A stretch of 64,000 bases of DNA from Octopus sinensis. Lineage: Eukaryota. Each line of letters starts with the position of its first letter. Position 1 is the stretch's first letter. The notes beneath the pieces were generated by a model. That model worked only from the letters and a program-made list of their open reading frames with translations, was not told the DNA's origin and did no database searches. The position numbers and the translations under genes were made by a program. The stretch spans positions 176,328,001-176,392,000 of the forward strand of contig NC_042997.1 in the NCBI RefSeq assembly GCF_006345805.1, given 5' to 3'. Positions 37,662 through 51,000 of the stretch are shown piece by piece.

Positions 37662-37726
37662 TTAAAATTTTTGCACATGCAGTATATTTCTAGTGTTGTT
37701 TACAACAGAAGAAAGACTGGTTTCTG

Positions 37727-37867
37727 TTAGCTGAGAAGGTTTCGAATTTCTTTATGAATGTGGCAGAGGAAGTCAACATAAGAAGCTGAGCCATTCATGC
37801 CTTTGTCTTCCACAAGGAAGTGATTGAACCACGGCTCCAGTTTGTCTCGCTGTCGAACAATAATCAA
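37727..37867 (-). CDS. SEC24C: SEC24C/D last coding exon
   Basis: [46 protein letters not shown]. Confidence 0.97.
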   Translation of the reverse strand: MIIVRQRDKLEPWFNHFLVEDKGMNGSASYVDFLCHIHKEIRNLLS

Positions 37868-40800
37868 CTGAAAAACAAAATTATAGATTTGTTAAAAGTG
37901 TAAATGATGTTGGTGAAAAGAAATGAATTTGCTTCATTTTCACCCATCTATGTAATGTCTTTTGCCTATTGTAGCAAATTAAAAAGAAAAAGAAAAGACA
38001 CAGTGAACATGTTGATAAAGCTTTCTAAGTGAAAAGTCTTTTCAATTATACCCCATCCTATCTCAATAGTTAACCACCCTTGTCACCTCAGGTGTTTTTA
38101 GCAGAGTCTACTCTGTTACTAGTATTCAAGCCACTTTTCTAGTTTGATGATATCTTCCACTAGTTTTGGAGGCCATATAATGAAACATGGGCACTGCTTC
38201 CCTTTCTAACATACTACCACCAGTTAAAAACTGGTGCTGCTATGTTAATGCCCTCATAACTTAGTGATTCAGGGTTAAGTCCCTATGTGTGGAACCTTGG
38301 GCAAGTGTCTTCTACTATAGCCTCAGAACGACCAAAGCCCAGTGAGTGAATTTGGTAGACAGAAACAGAAAGAAGCCCATCGTATATATATATATATGTC
38401 TATATATCTATATGTGTGTGTCTTTGTGTCTATGTTTACCCCACGACCACCAGTTGAAAATCGGTGCTGGTATGTTAATGCCCTCATAACTTAGTGGTTC
38501 AACAAAAGAGACCAATAGAATAAGTACCAGACTTTAAAAAAATAAGTACTGGGATTGATATATTTGACTCTAAATTCTTCAAGGCGGTGCCCCAGCATGG
38601 GTGCAGTCAAATGACTCAGACAAGATAAATGGTAAAAGATAAAGAAATGGCTTACCTTCATTTGTCTGCTGCGGTCCTGTTGTACTATCCTAATAATTGA
38701 ACGTATTCGCTGCGATAAAGGATTATCCAATTCTATCAACTTGCACTGAAAAGGAAAAGAGAAAAAAACCAAACATTTATTATTTGCTCTCTTATTTGAT
38801 ACAGTAGAAAGAAAATAACTATATTTCATAAACAAGTTAATCTTTGAAGTGAATAAATTATATATATATATATCATCATTTAGCGTCCGCTTTCCATGCT
38901 AGCATGGGTTGGACTAATATAATATATATATATATATATATGAATGACAAACAAAGGATAGAAACATCTAGACTGTTTTAAATTATTACAAAGAATTTAA
39001 CTTATTACTAAGAATTTAATTTCTTACTACAAGATTATGTATATTTAAGTTTTTTTTTTGTCTTTTTAGAAATCTGAAAAAGAATTATACTTAGAATTTC
39101 AAAATCTAAATTATAATGAACAAAAAGATAAAAATAAATGCATATAAGTAATAATAGCAATGATGACTTTATTTAGTATGTAACTAAACTTATAAGAGAA
39201 ATGGGTAATTCTGTTAGGCATGCCTTTCCTAGGGACAATGGTAGAATATATAAGGTATTTTTAACAGAAAATCAAAGAAAGTGTGTAGCAGATTCCATTC
39301 ACTAAGAACTTACTGTCACACCGCATTCATACTATCAATAATAATAGCAAACAAGCATTAAGAGAGAGACTATCTGGTCAGCTGACTAGCTAGAAACAGC
39401 AGCCAAACTTCCCTTAAATCACACATACTATGGTATTAGAATATAAAGGAAGTATTGGACAATGTAGCCAAAGGTGAGCTGGTCACCTCAAAGGACAGCT
39501 TCACCAGGGCTCAGATGACACTAAACAAACCATAATAATAGTTTCTTCCATAAATATATATAAAAAAGGGGCAATTTTTGATGAAGGAGAATTGGCAGTG
39601 TGACCTTCCCAAAAACTATAATTTCAATTGGGCATTGAAACTGGGTCACACTAGCAACATGGCACCTGTCATTAATAACTACTCAAAATATATAAAGGAC
39701 ATGAAACAAAGAGTGTTGTACATTCCTTTCCTAAAGCTACAAAGTAAAACAATTTAAAAAAGGGTCAAAATTAATTTATTGTCTTGACAAACCACGAACA
39801 TATAAATGAACTGAATACTCGCTACCTAATAATAATTTCTTCAAAGGCATAATTTCAGTTGTTCAAAGGAAATACATTTAATTCTATTGATGTCTTATTA
39901 AAAATTCCTATTTTCTCTCTAACTGATATACAATTACTTCTATAGATGTAAATCACAAATATTTCAGCAACAGATTTACTTGAGTGAATCAAGTTAGTAT
40001 ATTACAAGCACTTACTTTATCATGCCCTCACAATAAGTTAACCCCTAAAAGTGGACACAGGGAGACAGAACTAAATACTGAAAGGCATTTCCAACTCCAA
40101 ATTGAACAGTGAAACATGAAGAAACTGATGAAGGTTTATATTTGCAAATAGCAATTAGAAAACTTTTACAAAGTGGAATAAATCAGTTTGTTATGAAGAC
40201 ATTTTCGACAGCACACCTGATCAGAGAAAGACAAAATGTTCTCATGATCATTTCATCTTTCTTTGATGAAGGGTCCTGTCTGAAATGTTAGATTTATCTT
40301 CTTCATAACAAACTTATTTATTTCACTTGATGAACTTTTGCTCAATCCAATCTGTGACAATTGAAGCACTCCAGAATTCACTTTCTACCCACATTTTCCC
40401 CTCCAGGTTAGAAATCAAGCTGAGCATCAACTGCATCTACTTTCCGAATCTGAGAGGAAAGGTCATGGGCACTGCCTCTTGTCTTTCCATACCAAACAAG
40501 AGGGAGAGAAGTGAGGTGACTGTCAAGATATGTATAATTTTTTTATTGTTAAAATTGTTAGAGAATTAACCCTTTAGCATTCAGATTACTCTGTCAAATG
40601 TAAAGCCTGTTTAATTACATTATTTAAAATTAATTGTACAGCATCTTGTAACTCTGAGATTTTGATGATGTCCCTGTTTATTTTTAGAATGACTTTGTAG
40701 GGTAGGTATGAGAGGTCAGAGCTGGCTGGTTTGAGAATAAAACAAGAAGACAATTTTTGCCTGATATGGCCAGTTTAAACACTAAAGGGTTAAAGCCACT

Positions 40801-41238
40801 TAAATTAAAAAGATGATTTTTTTTTCTTTCAATAAATTCATGAACTTAAGGTGCCTAGAATAAATTTTAAAACAAGTATATTAGTTATAAACCTAACTAA
40901 AACTGGAGCACAAACAGACACTTTCTTCCACACCATACACACAGTTTTCCAAAGCATCTGAAAAGAGAAGAGCAATTAGACTGAAATTGTAGAAGTACTT
41001 TGTCAATATCGATCTGGGCAGCACTTTGTACTCCAAACACCATTTGCACCCATTCAGGACTTACATTGTGGCCAAGCCACAAGTACATTGTTAATCCATT
41101 TTCTGTGAACAAAACAGAAAGAAACAAAGGTATAATAAAACTCTTTAAAAACACAAACAAGATATTATATATATATATAATATAAATAAAAACAATATAT
41201 GCATATATACATACATATATATATGTATATATACATAC

Positions 41239-41303
<65 letters not shown>

Positions 41304-41995
41304 TATATGGGTACAGGACATCACAAAACATAACATGAAATACGAAGATAAACTTGAGTATGCAAACAACAAGAGAAACAAATGGAAAACAAGACAAGTA
41401 ACATAAAGAATGACCCTTCATCAGTTGTCAGCTGTCCATCTACTACTCATTTTGAGCATTTAACGGCAATACGAGGCTTCGAAAGGCAGTTGCCCCATCG
41501 AATCAAAATTTGGGATCTGCGGAGAGTCGAAGTTGGTAACAAAAACAGGACAGAGAAGACATACAACAAACCAAACGCAAACAAACATGGAGGGCTGTTA
41601 GGCCAGACGAGGTAAGGTAGCGAATGCTGTAGGAATATTGTCTTTGACAAGAGAAAAGATAAAAAAGGAGACATATACGAATGCGTCTGGTCTGTATGAC
41701 AGACTGAAGGAAAAGACAGATGATCATGTGAGGAAAAGAAAGATGGACGTTGGTCACGTGTGAGCAACAAGAGAGAGAGATAGATAGATAGAAAACGGTG
41801 AAGGGGAGAAAAAAGAATTAGAGAAAGGATGAGAGAGAAAAAAAGAAAGGGGGAGAAAGGAAGAAAAGAATTAGAGAAAGGAAGAGAGAGAAAACAAAAA
41901 GGGGAGAGAGAGAGAGAACAGTACAGGGTAGAGTCACAGCAAAATGAAGATAAACTTACTTGGAAATGGATGTGTGACATTCAATCATATAAATA

Positions 41996-42031
<36 letters not shown>

Positions 42032-45000
42032 TCTTTTTACTCTTTTACTTGTTTCAGTCATTTGACTGCGGCCATGCTGGAGCACCACCTTTAGTCGAGC
42101 AAATCGACCCCGGGACTTATTCTTTGTAAGCCCAGTACTTATTCTATCGGTCTCTTTTTTGCCGAACCGCTAAGTGATAGCAGAAGACACTTGCCCAAGA
42201 TGCCACGCAGTGGGACTGAACCCGGAACCATGTGGTTGGTTAGCAAGCTACTTACCACACAGCCACTCCTGCGCCTATATATATATATATCCCTCTCTCG
42301 CTTTCGGAGAGGCACAAGCACCTACACGCACATATACATACACGGCAGTAACTTCCACCTACCGAATTCAATCACAAAGCTCCGGTCAGCTCGGGGCTAT
42401 AGTGAAAGACACCTACCCAAAGTGCCACGCAGTGGGACTGAACCCGAAACCATGTAGCTAGGAAGCAAGCTCCCTAACCACATAGCCATGCCCACGCCTA
42501 CATGCATATATACATACAGATATATGCATATATGGGTACAGGACATCACAAAACGTAAATAACATGAAGTACGAAATATGTAAACTATGAAATATGAAGA
42601 TAAACTTTGTATGAAAACAATGAGAGAAACAAATGGAAAAGAAGACAAGTAAATATATATATACACACACACAAAGATGTCTATATAGATATACAAACAT
42701 GTGTGAGTGTGTTTATATATATATATATATGTATCATCATCATCGTTTAACGTCTGCTTTCCATGCTAGCATGGGTTGGACGGTTCAACTGGGGTCTGGC
42801 AAGCCCGAAGGCTGCACCAGGCCAGTCAGATCTGGCAGTGTTTCTACAGCTGGATGCCCTTCCTAACGCCAACCACTCCGAGAGTGTAGATATATGTATA
42901 TATGTTTATATTCGTTGGAGCTGTTAACTGGTCTCCTGCTATTACATATTCATTTAAGTGGACACATAAACATAAGAAACAATAGCAAAGAAGTAAATCA
43001 TTAGCTCCAAATGAATGAATATATAAGTTACACAGCGTATGTTCAGTAACTTCCCCCCTTGATCTATATACACCCAAATGCATATTTAGATATGTGCATG
43101 TGTGTACACATATGTTCTTTTAAAGAATGTGTTCTAGTTATGTTTCAATATCAGCAAGAAACTGTGATCATGTTGTTGTTAGACATGTAAGTCTTTTATG
43201 CAACTGAATTGTTACAGCTTTCCTGTTAAGGTGAAACAGGCAGTGCAATAGTTATTGAAAGATTTGAACCTATCTCACCACATTAAGTAAAGAATAATCT
43301 TGTTTTCACTGTAATCATGTCTGCTTTGTTTTACAGTCAACTTTTTCAGAGACCGATTTTTTTTTCTTCATATATGGAAATTTATATAATAATTTTTTCT
43401 AATTTTGGTACAAGGTGAGCAACCGAAGAGAGGGGCAAGTTGACTACACTGATCCCAGTGATTTACTGGTAATTTTGACTCTCAAAAGATGAAAAGCAAA
43501 GTTGATCTCGATGATTTTTGCTCACAGAACATAAAAGTGCTAAGTGTTTTGTCTCGTACTGTAATGATTCTGCCAGCTGGCCACCTTGCTGCTGCTGCTG
43601 ATAATAATAATAATAATTTCAAATTTAGGCGCAAATTGATAAAATAAGTACAAGTTTTGTACTTTGAGGATGAGAGAAGGTAGGGTCGATGTAACTGACT
43701 TCTCCTCCCTGCCTTCTAAAACTGCTGGCCCTGTGCCAAAATTTGAAATTATTATTATTATTATTATCATCATCATCACCAAAAACTGTCTTTGGATCTA
43801 TTTGTGTCATATTCCTGGAAAATAACTTCTATTTATTCATGCCAGACCATCCCTAAATGCAACTGAAATTTTTAAGGTAAAAATAGTCTTTTTCTGCCAG
43901 AAAATAGATATATTTATTTAGTGCTGTGGCAGTTGTTTATAGGACTGAATGTCCTTCATACTGGTAGCTACTTGATTGTGAGGCAACAGTAAAAAATGTC
44001 AGTATCATCAGCCTGGTAAACTAACGCAAGTAGTGTTATACATGCTAGTCAAAGGACATCACAATGACTGTCGTAAGGTCTGAATTCATGGCTTTATGGT
44101 TAGCATTCCTTCACAATAAAGGTATTGTTACTGTGATTCTGTTTTCACTAATAGTTTTACACTCAGAACTGGACGATTTAAAAAAAAAAAAATTCAAATC
44201 TTTGCATATTGTTGGAGTAAGTATTCTAATAGCAAAGTGTGCATGTAACTGTTAATCAGCCAACTGTAAAGTAAGAATGTAACTTGTGTCAGTCAGTCAG
44301 GTTTAGAAAGGTAATGCACAGATTATTTATTGGCTGTAGTAAATTTTGAACTCATGACTATGTGGTCAGTAATGCAGCATCTACTTTAACTCTCTTGATT
44401 CCAACCTGTCTGAAACTTCCTTTGGTCCTATGATAGAAAGATTTGTTTTGAAGTGGTTTAAGTTAAAACTGTCCATCAAAATTTCATGTTAAATTATGTT
44501 CCAAACACTAGCGTAATAATGAGAAAAGTTATTTTACAAAATTCCTTCTTTATATTTGAAATTAATAGAAACAAAGACAGTGTATTTCAGTATTTCAATA
44601 AAAATATGATAATAAAAGGTCTAAAGCACTGCAGTAGAGGTTAATATCCAAAAACATATGGCTTTTACAAATTATTAATATCTTTTGTTTAACGTGTTGA
44701 ATAAATTCTAACATGGTTATAACATTTAACGTTGCATTACAGCATAGCATGGGGGGGATAGCAGTTTGATTACTGACCAAGAAGACATGGGCTCAAACTT
44801 TGCTTTATAACATAATATTGTATTTTTAAGCAAGGTACATTATTTCGAGTTACTGTTAGCTGTTAATTAATGGAGATTGATTAAAAGTTTTTTGTACTGA
44901 AACAGGGTACCAACTTAAAGATGTCAAAGATATATGTTCTATAATTACAAAGTCATGGTATATTGTTAAAAAAAAAAAGGGCGATGATGAGGAATTGTTG

Positions 45001-48000
45001 AAGGATATGATGATGTGTTATTGTAGGAGGACATGGTGATGTGGGATTGTGGGAGGATATGGTGATGTGCAAATAGAATGGTTATTCAGCATTCTACAGG
45101 ATGGGGGTCAAGTGAAATTGTAGAGTGGACAGAGTGGTGTCATGCAATTTCAGAAAGAGATCAATTGCTGAGAAGGAAGGGCAACGATGTGGCATTGTAG
45201 AGATATAGCTATGTTGTGGCATTGCAGAGATGGTAGAGTAATGTTGAGAGAATATGGTTCATTGAGGTGGAGATTACATTGTTTGATACCATACATACCA
45301 AGGAAATAAATTCCATTGTCATCAAGCCTTTCTAGGGAACACCGTACAGCTTTTGGTAAATAGTCTTCAACCAATTCGTCTGATATTGATTCATCAATAT
45401 GATGCTGGAAAACAAAAATAACATTTATTTGAAACTACTACCTGGAGGAAAGGAAATTAAATCAACCAAAAGACTGAAATTAAACAGTAAGAAACACTAT
45501 TTCTATTCATTGCCAAACAAAACTGCACGTCAATTTGAGATAGTTAAGGTTTCAGGTTGAAAACTAAAGCAAAAAAATGACCCCTTTTGAAGAATTGAGA
45601 GATTTACTGAAGCAATTAACATCAGAAGAAAAAAACCTTCAACCATGGAAATATAAAGAATACTGTTACCATTTGATCAATAAAAATAAATAAGAAAATT
45701 CACTGTAAGATGAATACCATGTTCTTAAAATGTTAGCACAAGATTTTGTTTTATTATGGTCAGATAAGCTGGAAAATAGTGGTACAAGCAAGGAATAACT
45801 TTTAGTATCTAATCTGTGGTACCGTAATTGTAAGGTTAAGGACTTTGGTTATTTCTGTAGGCACTTAAAGTTAATTTTTGGTAATACTGTAGAACATCAG
45901 GCTTTTTCATATTTGACTGAAGAAAGAACCAAGTAAAAGATGTATATCTCACATTTTATATGGATCTTGGGGACTGATTTGAAGAAATATTTAATTAGGG
46001 AGTATGTTTACTGTTGGAGAGTGAGTATGTATTTGAAGTAATATACTATTGTGAATGGTTGTGACTTTGATGCCAATAATCACTGTGAGGTATTTGATTC
46101 ATGACTGCTTTCATTGTTTAGTAACTCAATGCTGAGTTCTATTTCTGTTGTATACGGTGTACCCATGTTTTCTTTAAATCTGTCTTGTTTTTATGAGGTT
46201 GAGTGTTGCATTAGTTTATGATATTATTTAGTGAAATTGGTGTGCTATAGTTTCTATATTGTGACTGAATTAGTCACTTGTTGGAAATAGCTCCACTGGG
46301 CTTTTTTAACGTTTGTAAAGTTGTTTTTTTTGTTCACTGATATATAATGATGGGCAAGTTTAAAGATGAAATTTTATAGAGGTTTACCATGTGGTTGTAA
46401 TAGGTGTATGGAAGTGAAAAAGGTAGATGGATAGAAGCTACTGCAGTTAGTTTAGTAAGCTATATTAATGTTAGTGTAGGTTGTTTAGGATATACAGATA
46501 GTTTAGTTTGATATTATTGAGTCATCTTGTGTGTTTCCTGTAATGTGTTGTACAATAGAACTTTTGCCAGCAGTACAAAAAAAAAGCACCCAGTACACAC
46601 TGTAAAGTAATTTTTATCCTCACTTAAACGTGGATGTTTTGGCAGGGAGATGAGTCACTGCTTTCTCTAGCAGTCAAGTGTCCATCATTGACAAGATCAA
46701 GGAAGGTCGAAATCATATGATCTGGTGGTCTCAGAGCTAGAGGTGACAGGGATTTATCTCCCTGCTAGCAATATAAAGAAGAGTGCATTTTGCATCAAAA
46801 GTCAACATGAGAGTTTCTGTGATGGTATCTACTGCAATATAGTTTATTCTAAAAGAACATTTACGTTTAAGTGGGGATGAATATTATCTCTCAGCATTAA
46901 TGCTATCTTCTGTTGCTAATATATATTTTTTAACAAGCACGCTGTAAAGTTATTGGCATTAGGAAAAGCTATAAAATGCAAACCAAAGCTGATATTGGAG
47001 CACAACACAGCCTTGTAACTTATTGGAACCACTTAAGCTGTCCAACCCATGGGTGTGTAATGTAGCAGAATGCATTCCTTTATTATACTAGTGAGTTTTA
47101 TGTTGCTGGTTTTGTCTTTAATACATACATTCAAATGTGTTATATTTGTGGAAATCTTTTTAGTGGATTCTATATGTGTTATAGAACTTTCAATTTAGCT
47201 TTAGATTCCAAAGAATTTTGACAGCACAATTTATGTGGACACATTGGCATCCTTTTTGTCTCGGGAGACAATGGAGTTGCGCATAAAATAGTCTAGTCCG
47301 GCTTTTACATTTCATGTCCTAATAACACTCAGAAGCTAATCACAATCAAACAAAAACTGTACAAGAATTTCTTTCCTTCAAAATAACAAAACATTGAGAG
47401 AATGAATATTAGAAGTATCATAAATTAAAGTATCCCAGCTTATTGGAGTTTAAACACAAGATTGAGAAGACCCTGTTTTGGGGTTCTAGCTTTACTTTTC
47501 CGTTTTTGTTTTTTCAATTATTGCAAAAGGGATGTAGTGCGTTAAGTATTTTTAACTTACTGAAAGTCACTGGTATAAGATTGCAGCTTGTTTAGCTATG
47601 TTTGTGTAACTGTTATGATATTTTTTATGGCTTCATCAGCTGAGGAAAACAACTCCTATGATATATCATTCCTTCTTATAAAAGTTTAAGATGTATAAAG
47701 AATAATGTGTTTTGAATGGCACAACAATGCACTATAATAACAACGATGGACTATAATAACTGTTATAATTTAATTATCCATAGTCTGATATAATATTTTG
47801 GAATATAAAAATTCCTCTTCAGATGTCGCTAGGAAGTGATGGAGTTGCTGCTATAATTGGTTTTCTAATGGCTTCTTTTTTTTAATTAATTTTTTTTTTT
47901 TACTTTGTGTGGTGTTTGATTCATATGTCTGTTTTCATTGTTTAGTAACTTATCCAAGGATACAGGCATCCAGTAACAGTACCTCCGTAATGCTATGATG

Positions 48001-51000
48001 GACGGTGAAGTCTGGCGTAACACAGTAAATTCCATTGTCTCGACCACGGTTGAACAATGATGATGATATTATACACAAGCACATAAACCCCCTTCCACAT
48101 AGTTGCTGTCAACTGAATGTCATTCAAAATTATTATTCAACCTTTGGCTCTGACAGAAAACACTTGGCCAAGATGCTGCGCAATGGGATTAAAATCAGAA
48201 TCACATGTTTACAAAGCAAACTATCTAACCATACACAGCACATACTATTTGCAAGTGTGTGAACACTGGTGCTTGGATATTTCTACTTTTACCATTTTCT
48301 TTTTGTCTGGTTTGTGCAGAGTCTTCATCATCTCATGTTTGGTGTTATACTGTCAATTTTTTACCATTTGCATATTGTGCTTAGCATTGCATACTGTTGT
48401 TAAAATCGAATTATTGAAGATGGTAGAAAGTCATTTGAGAGACATTTGGCTGTTAATAGTTGCAGATCAAGTGATTGCATAAGAGGATAGTTTTGGGGTT
48501 CAATTTAGAAAATATTAACATAAATCATGGCTAGTAAATTAATTAAGAACATTAGTACAGAATATCAAATGCCTAAGAGTGTAAAATAAAATATTGTAAC
48601 AGACTGAATAAAGGATATAGCAATTGGTCATAGTTAACTTACCAGAGGAAGAAGTCGGGGGTAGAAAAATACATTAGTTGATTTAACATCCATTGCATTT
48701 AACAACAACAAGCAGTAACTTCTATCATCTGTTGGAACTTCAGAGCCTGTCAGAAAATGAATAGTCACATTAGTAATTTATTACCACAATAATATTGATC
48801 TAACTGAAAACTAAACAGGCTCTAAGCGAATCTTCATATGTGGAATTGAATGCAAGCCAAAAATGAATGCTTTCTGTTATATGTTCAATGTATCTAAATA
48901 TTTTATTTCATATCCTGGCAGAGTTGATCTTGCCTTCAACTTAAGGACAATGGGAGAAAATCTGACAAAACAAGTACAATTAATATACACAAGATTTATT
49001 CTGCTCAATATGTCTTTTCCTTACATAAATTATCTTTGTGTATATTCAAAGGTCATTCTCGTAAAGTCACAAATTTCTATAATTCAAGGTGATGTATGTT
49101 TCTGTACTAGGTTTGCAAGATTCTTGATGTGAAATAGTATGTTGAAACAGATTTTGTTGTACCTTGAGAGGGTCATATTGCTGATAACAAACACACATAC
49201 ACTGGTTCTAATTCACTACTTTCATTATTTTAAGTCAATTTGTAAACCAATTTACTAATCAACTGTTAGATTAATCACATCATTGATGAGGTCACAAATA
49301 TTGACAAAAGGACTATGATGGACCTGATTGAGTGATTGAATGATTAATCAAACAATTGAGCAGTTAGTTGGTTAAATGGCTAACTAATTAACTAATAGTA
49401 ATAAAAGAAGTGCATGTGCTTATCAATGGCATAATGTCCTTCCCAAGATACAACAAAAAAATTTACTTCTTTTTCTCCTTTTCATTTTCACACAATCCAT
49501 TCTTCATGCTGATGTGTGTAGACTGATTGAGAAAAATATGTTATTTTTTATGAATTGTTTTGTTTTTCTCAAGTCTGGATGTCCTTTCTAATGCCATTCA
49601 CTTCTCTGCTCACTTTTCCTGGAAGGTGCACAGGGATGGAGTCCTCAGATACCTTCTTCATGAGATTTTATTAGAAGTTATTCTGGATTCCCAAATGTGA
49701 CCAACTAAGTCTTTGGATGTTATCCATCCATCTCATTTTTGGTTTACTCTCAAGGTCTCATGCTGAATGGCTTGGCTTAAAGAATCCATCTAGTAATTCT
49801 TTCTTGCAACATCCTAACCACATGTCCACCGTACTGGAACTGTAACATTTCAGTTTGGAAAAGTAGCAGTTCAACCTGGAGACACTTCCTGATCTCCAGG
49901 CTATACATCCCACTGGGTAATGTTACTTCCCTTCAAAGGAGCCTCATTTCAGCTGCTTGTGTTTATAATCATACTCTTTCGGTCATTACTCAATGTTTAT
50001 GATCATAGATGAAATAGGATCAAAAGCTGAATTGAAGATACTAGGTTTGGCTTTTTTTAACCAACCTCTTCTCTTCTGGGGATCAAATGCCGGAGCAGGC
50101 ACATTACTGTGCCAACACCTGCAATTTGAGCACCCAATTCAGCCTACAGCCTCCCATCACTTGTGAATATAGCCCCTAGTTACTTAAACTTATTTCCTTG
50201 TCTCAGTGATATTCCACTAATATGCTGAGTGCACTGGGAGGACTATCTAATGCCATTCTAATTTTAAATGACAGAGGTTTCCATTATCAGCTGCATAACA
50301 AAAGTAATTAGTGTTTCAAAAAAAGTGCACTACTTAAAAAACATGAACAGACTGAACAAAAGGCTCATTATCTAGATACAATGGCTCACAATGTTATATT
50401 TAAAATATGTTAATTTACTAACTAAATAGACACATAAAAACTGAGTAGACTAGACTTTTGAGTTTACATTTAGACAGAAATGATGATGTTTATTCAGTTG
50501 ACACACTTAACTAATTGCTAACTGCTTCAATCTAAACCAATGCAGTAAAGCCATGCTGTCATATAATACATGGCAGTAAATGTAACATGGCCCAGAGCAG
50601 ACTGAAGTATGGCACATCTAATTTGAAATTTTGGGTTCATTTCCATGTGTTCCATTTCATCTCGGACAATCTAGCTCAACCATGGTTGATCAAAGTCAAT
50701 CAATGATCTAAACATTATTTATTTGGTAAATTATATCAAACATTTTGTAAAAGAAGATATCCAGCCACTTATAGGTAAACAAAGTTTAGCTTAATTATAA
50801 CATTATAGCTTTCTCACACTGGTAAAACCACAATCTATAGGTGAGAGGTACAGCTAATTAAACTTATCTCAGTATATGACTGATACATGTTTTATCAGTC
50901 TTGGAGGGATGAAAAACAAAGTCAACTTTGGCAGGATTTAAAATTAAAAGGCAGACTGACAAAATTAAATATGTTTAACCCAGCTCCCTACCAATTAACA

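Noticed and set aside
41390-41500. Type II hammerhead around CTGATGAAGG on the minus strand
   Set aside because: The upstream element is GAAG, not GAAA, and stem II closure and stems I and III cannot be drawn.
40897-41980. Long ORFs of 174 and 177 aa in the ORF track
   Set aside because: Read-through of microsatellites and purine-rich repeats. Only 40999-41102 is a real exon.
43925-44260. snoRNA or other structured ncRNA
   Set aside because: Only short partial complementarity; no proper C/D boxes with a terminal stem and no H/ACA layout that I can support.
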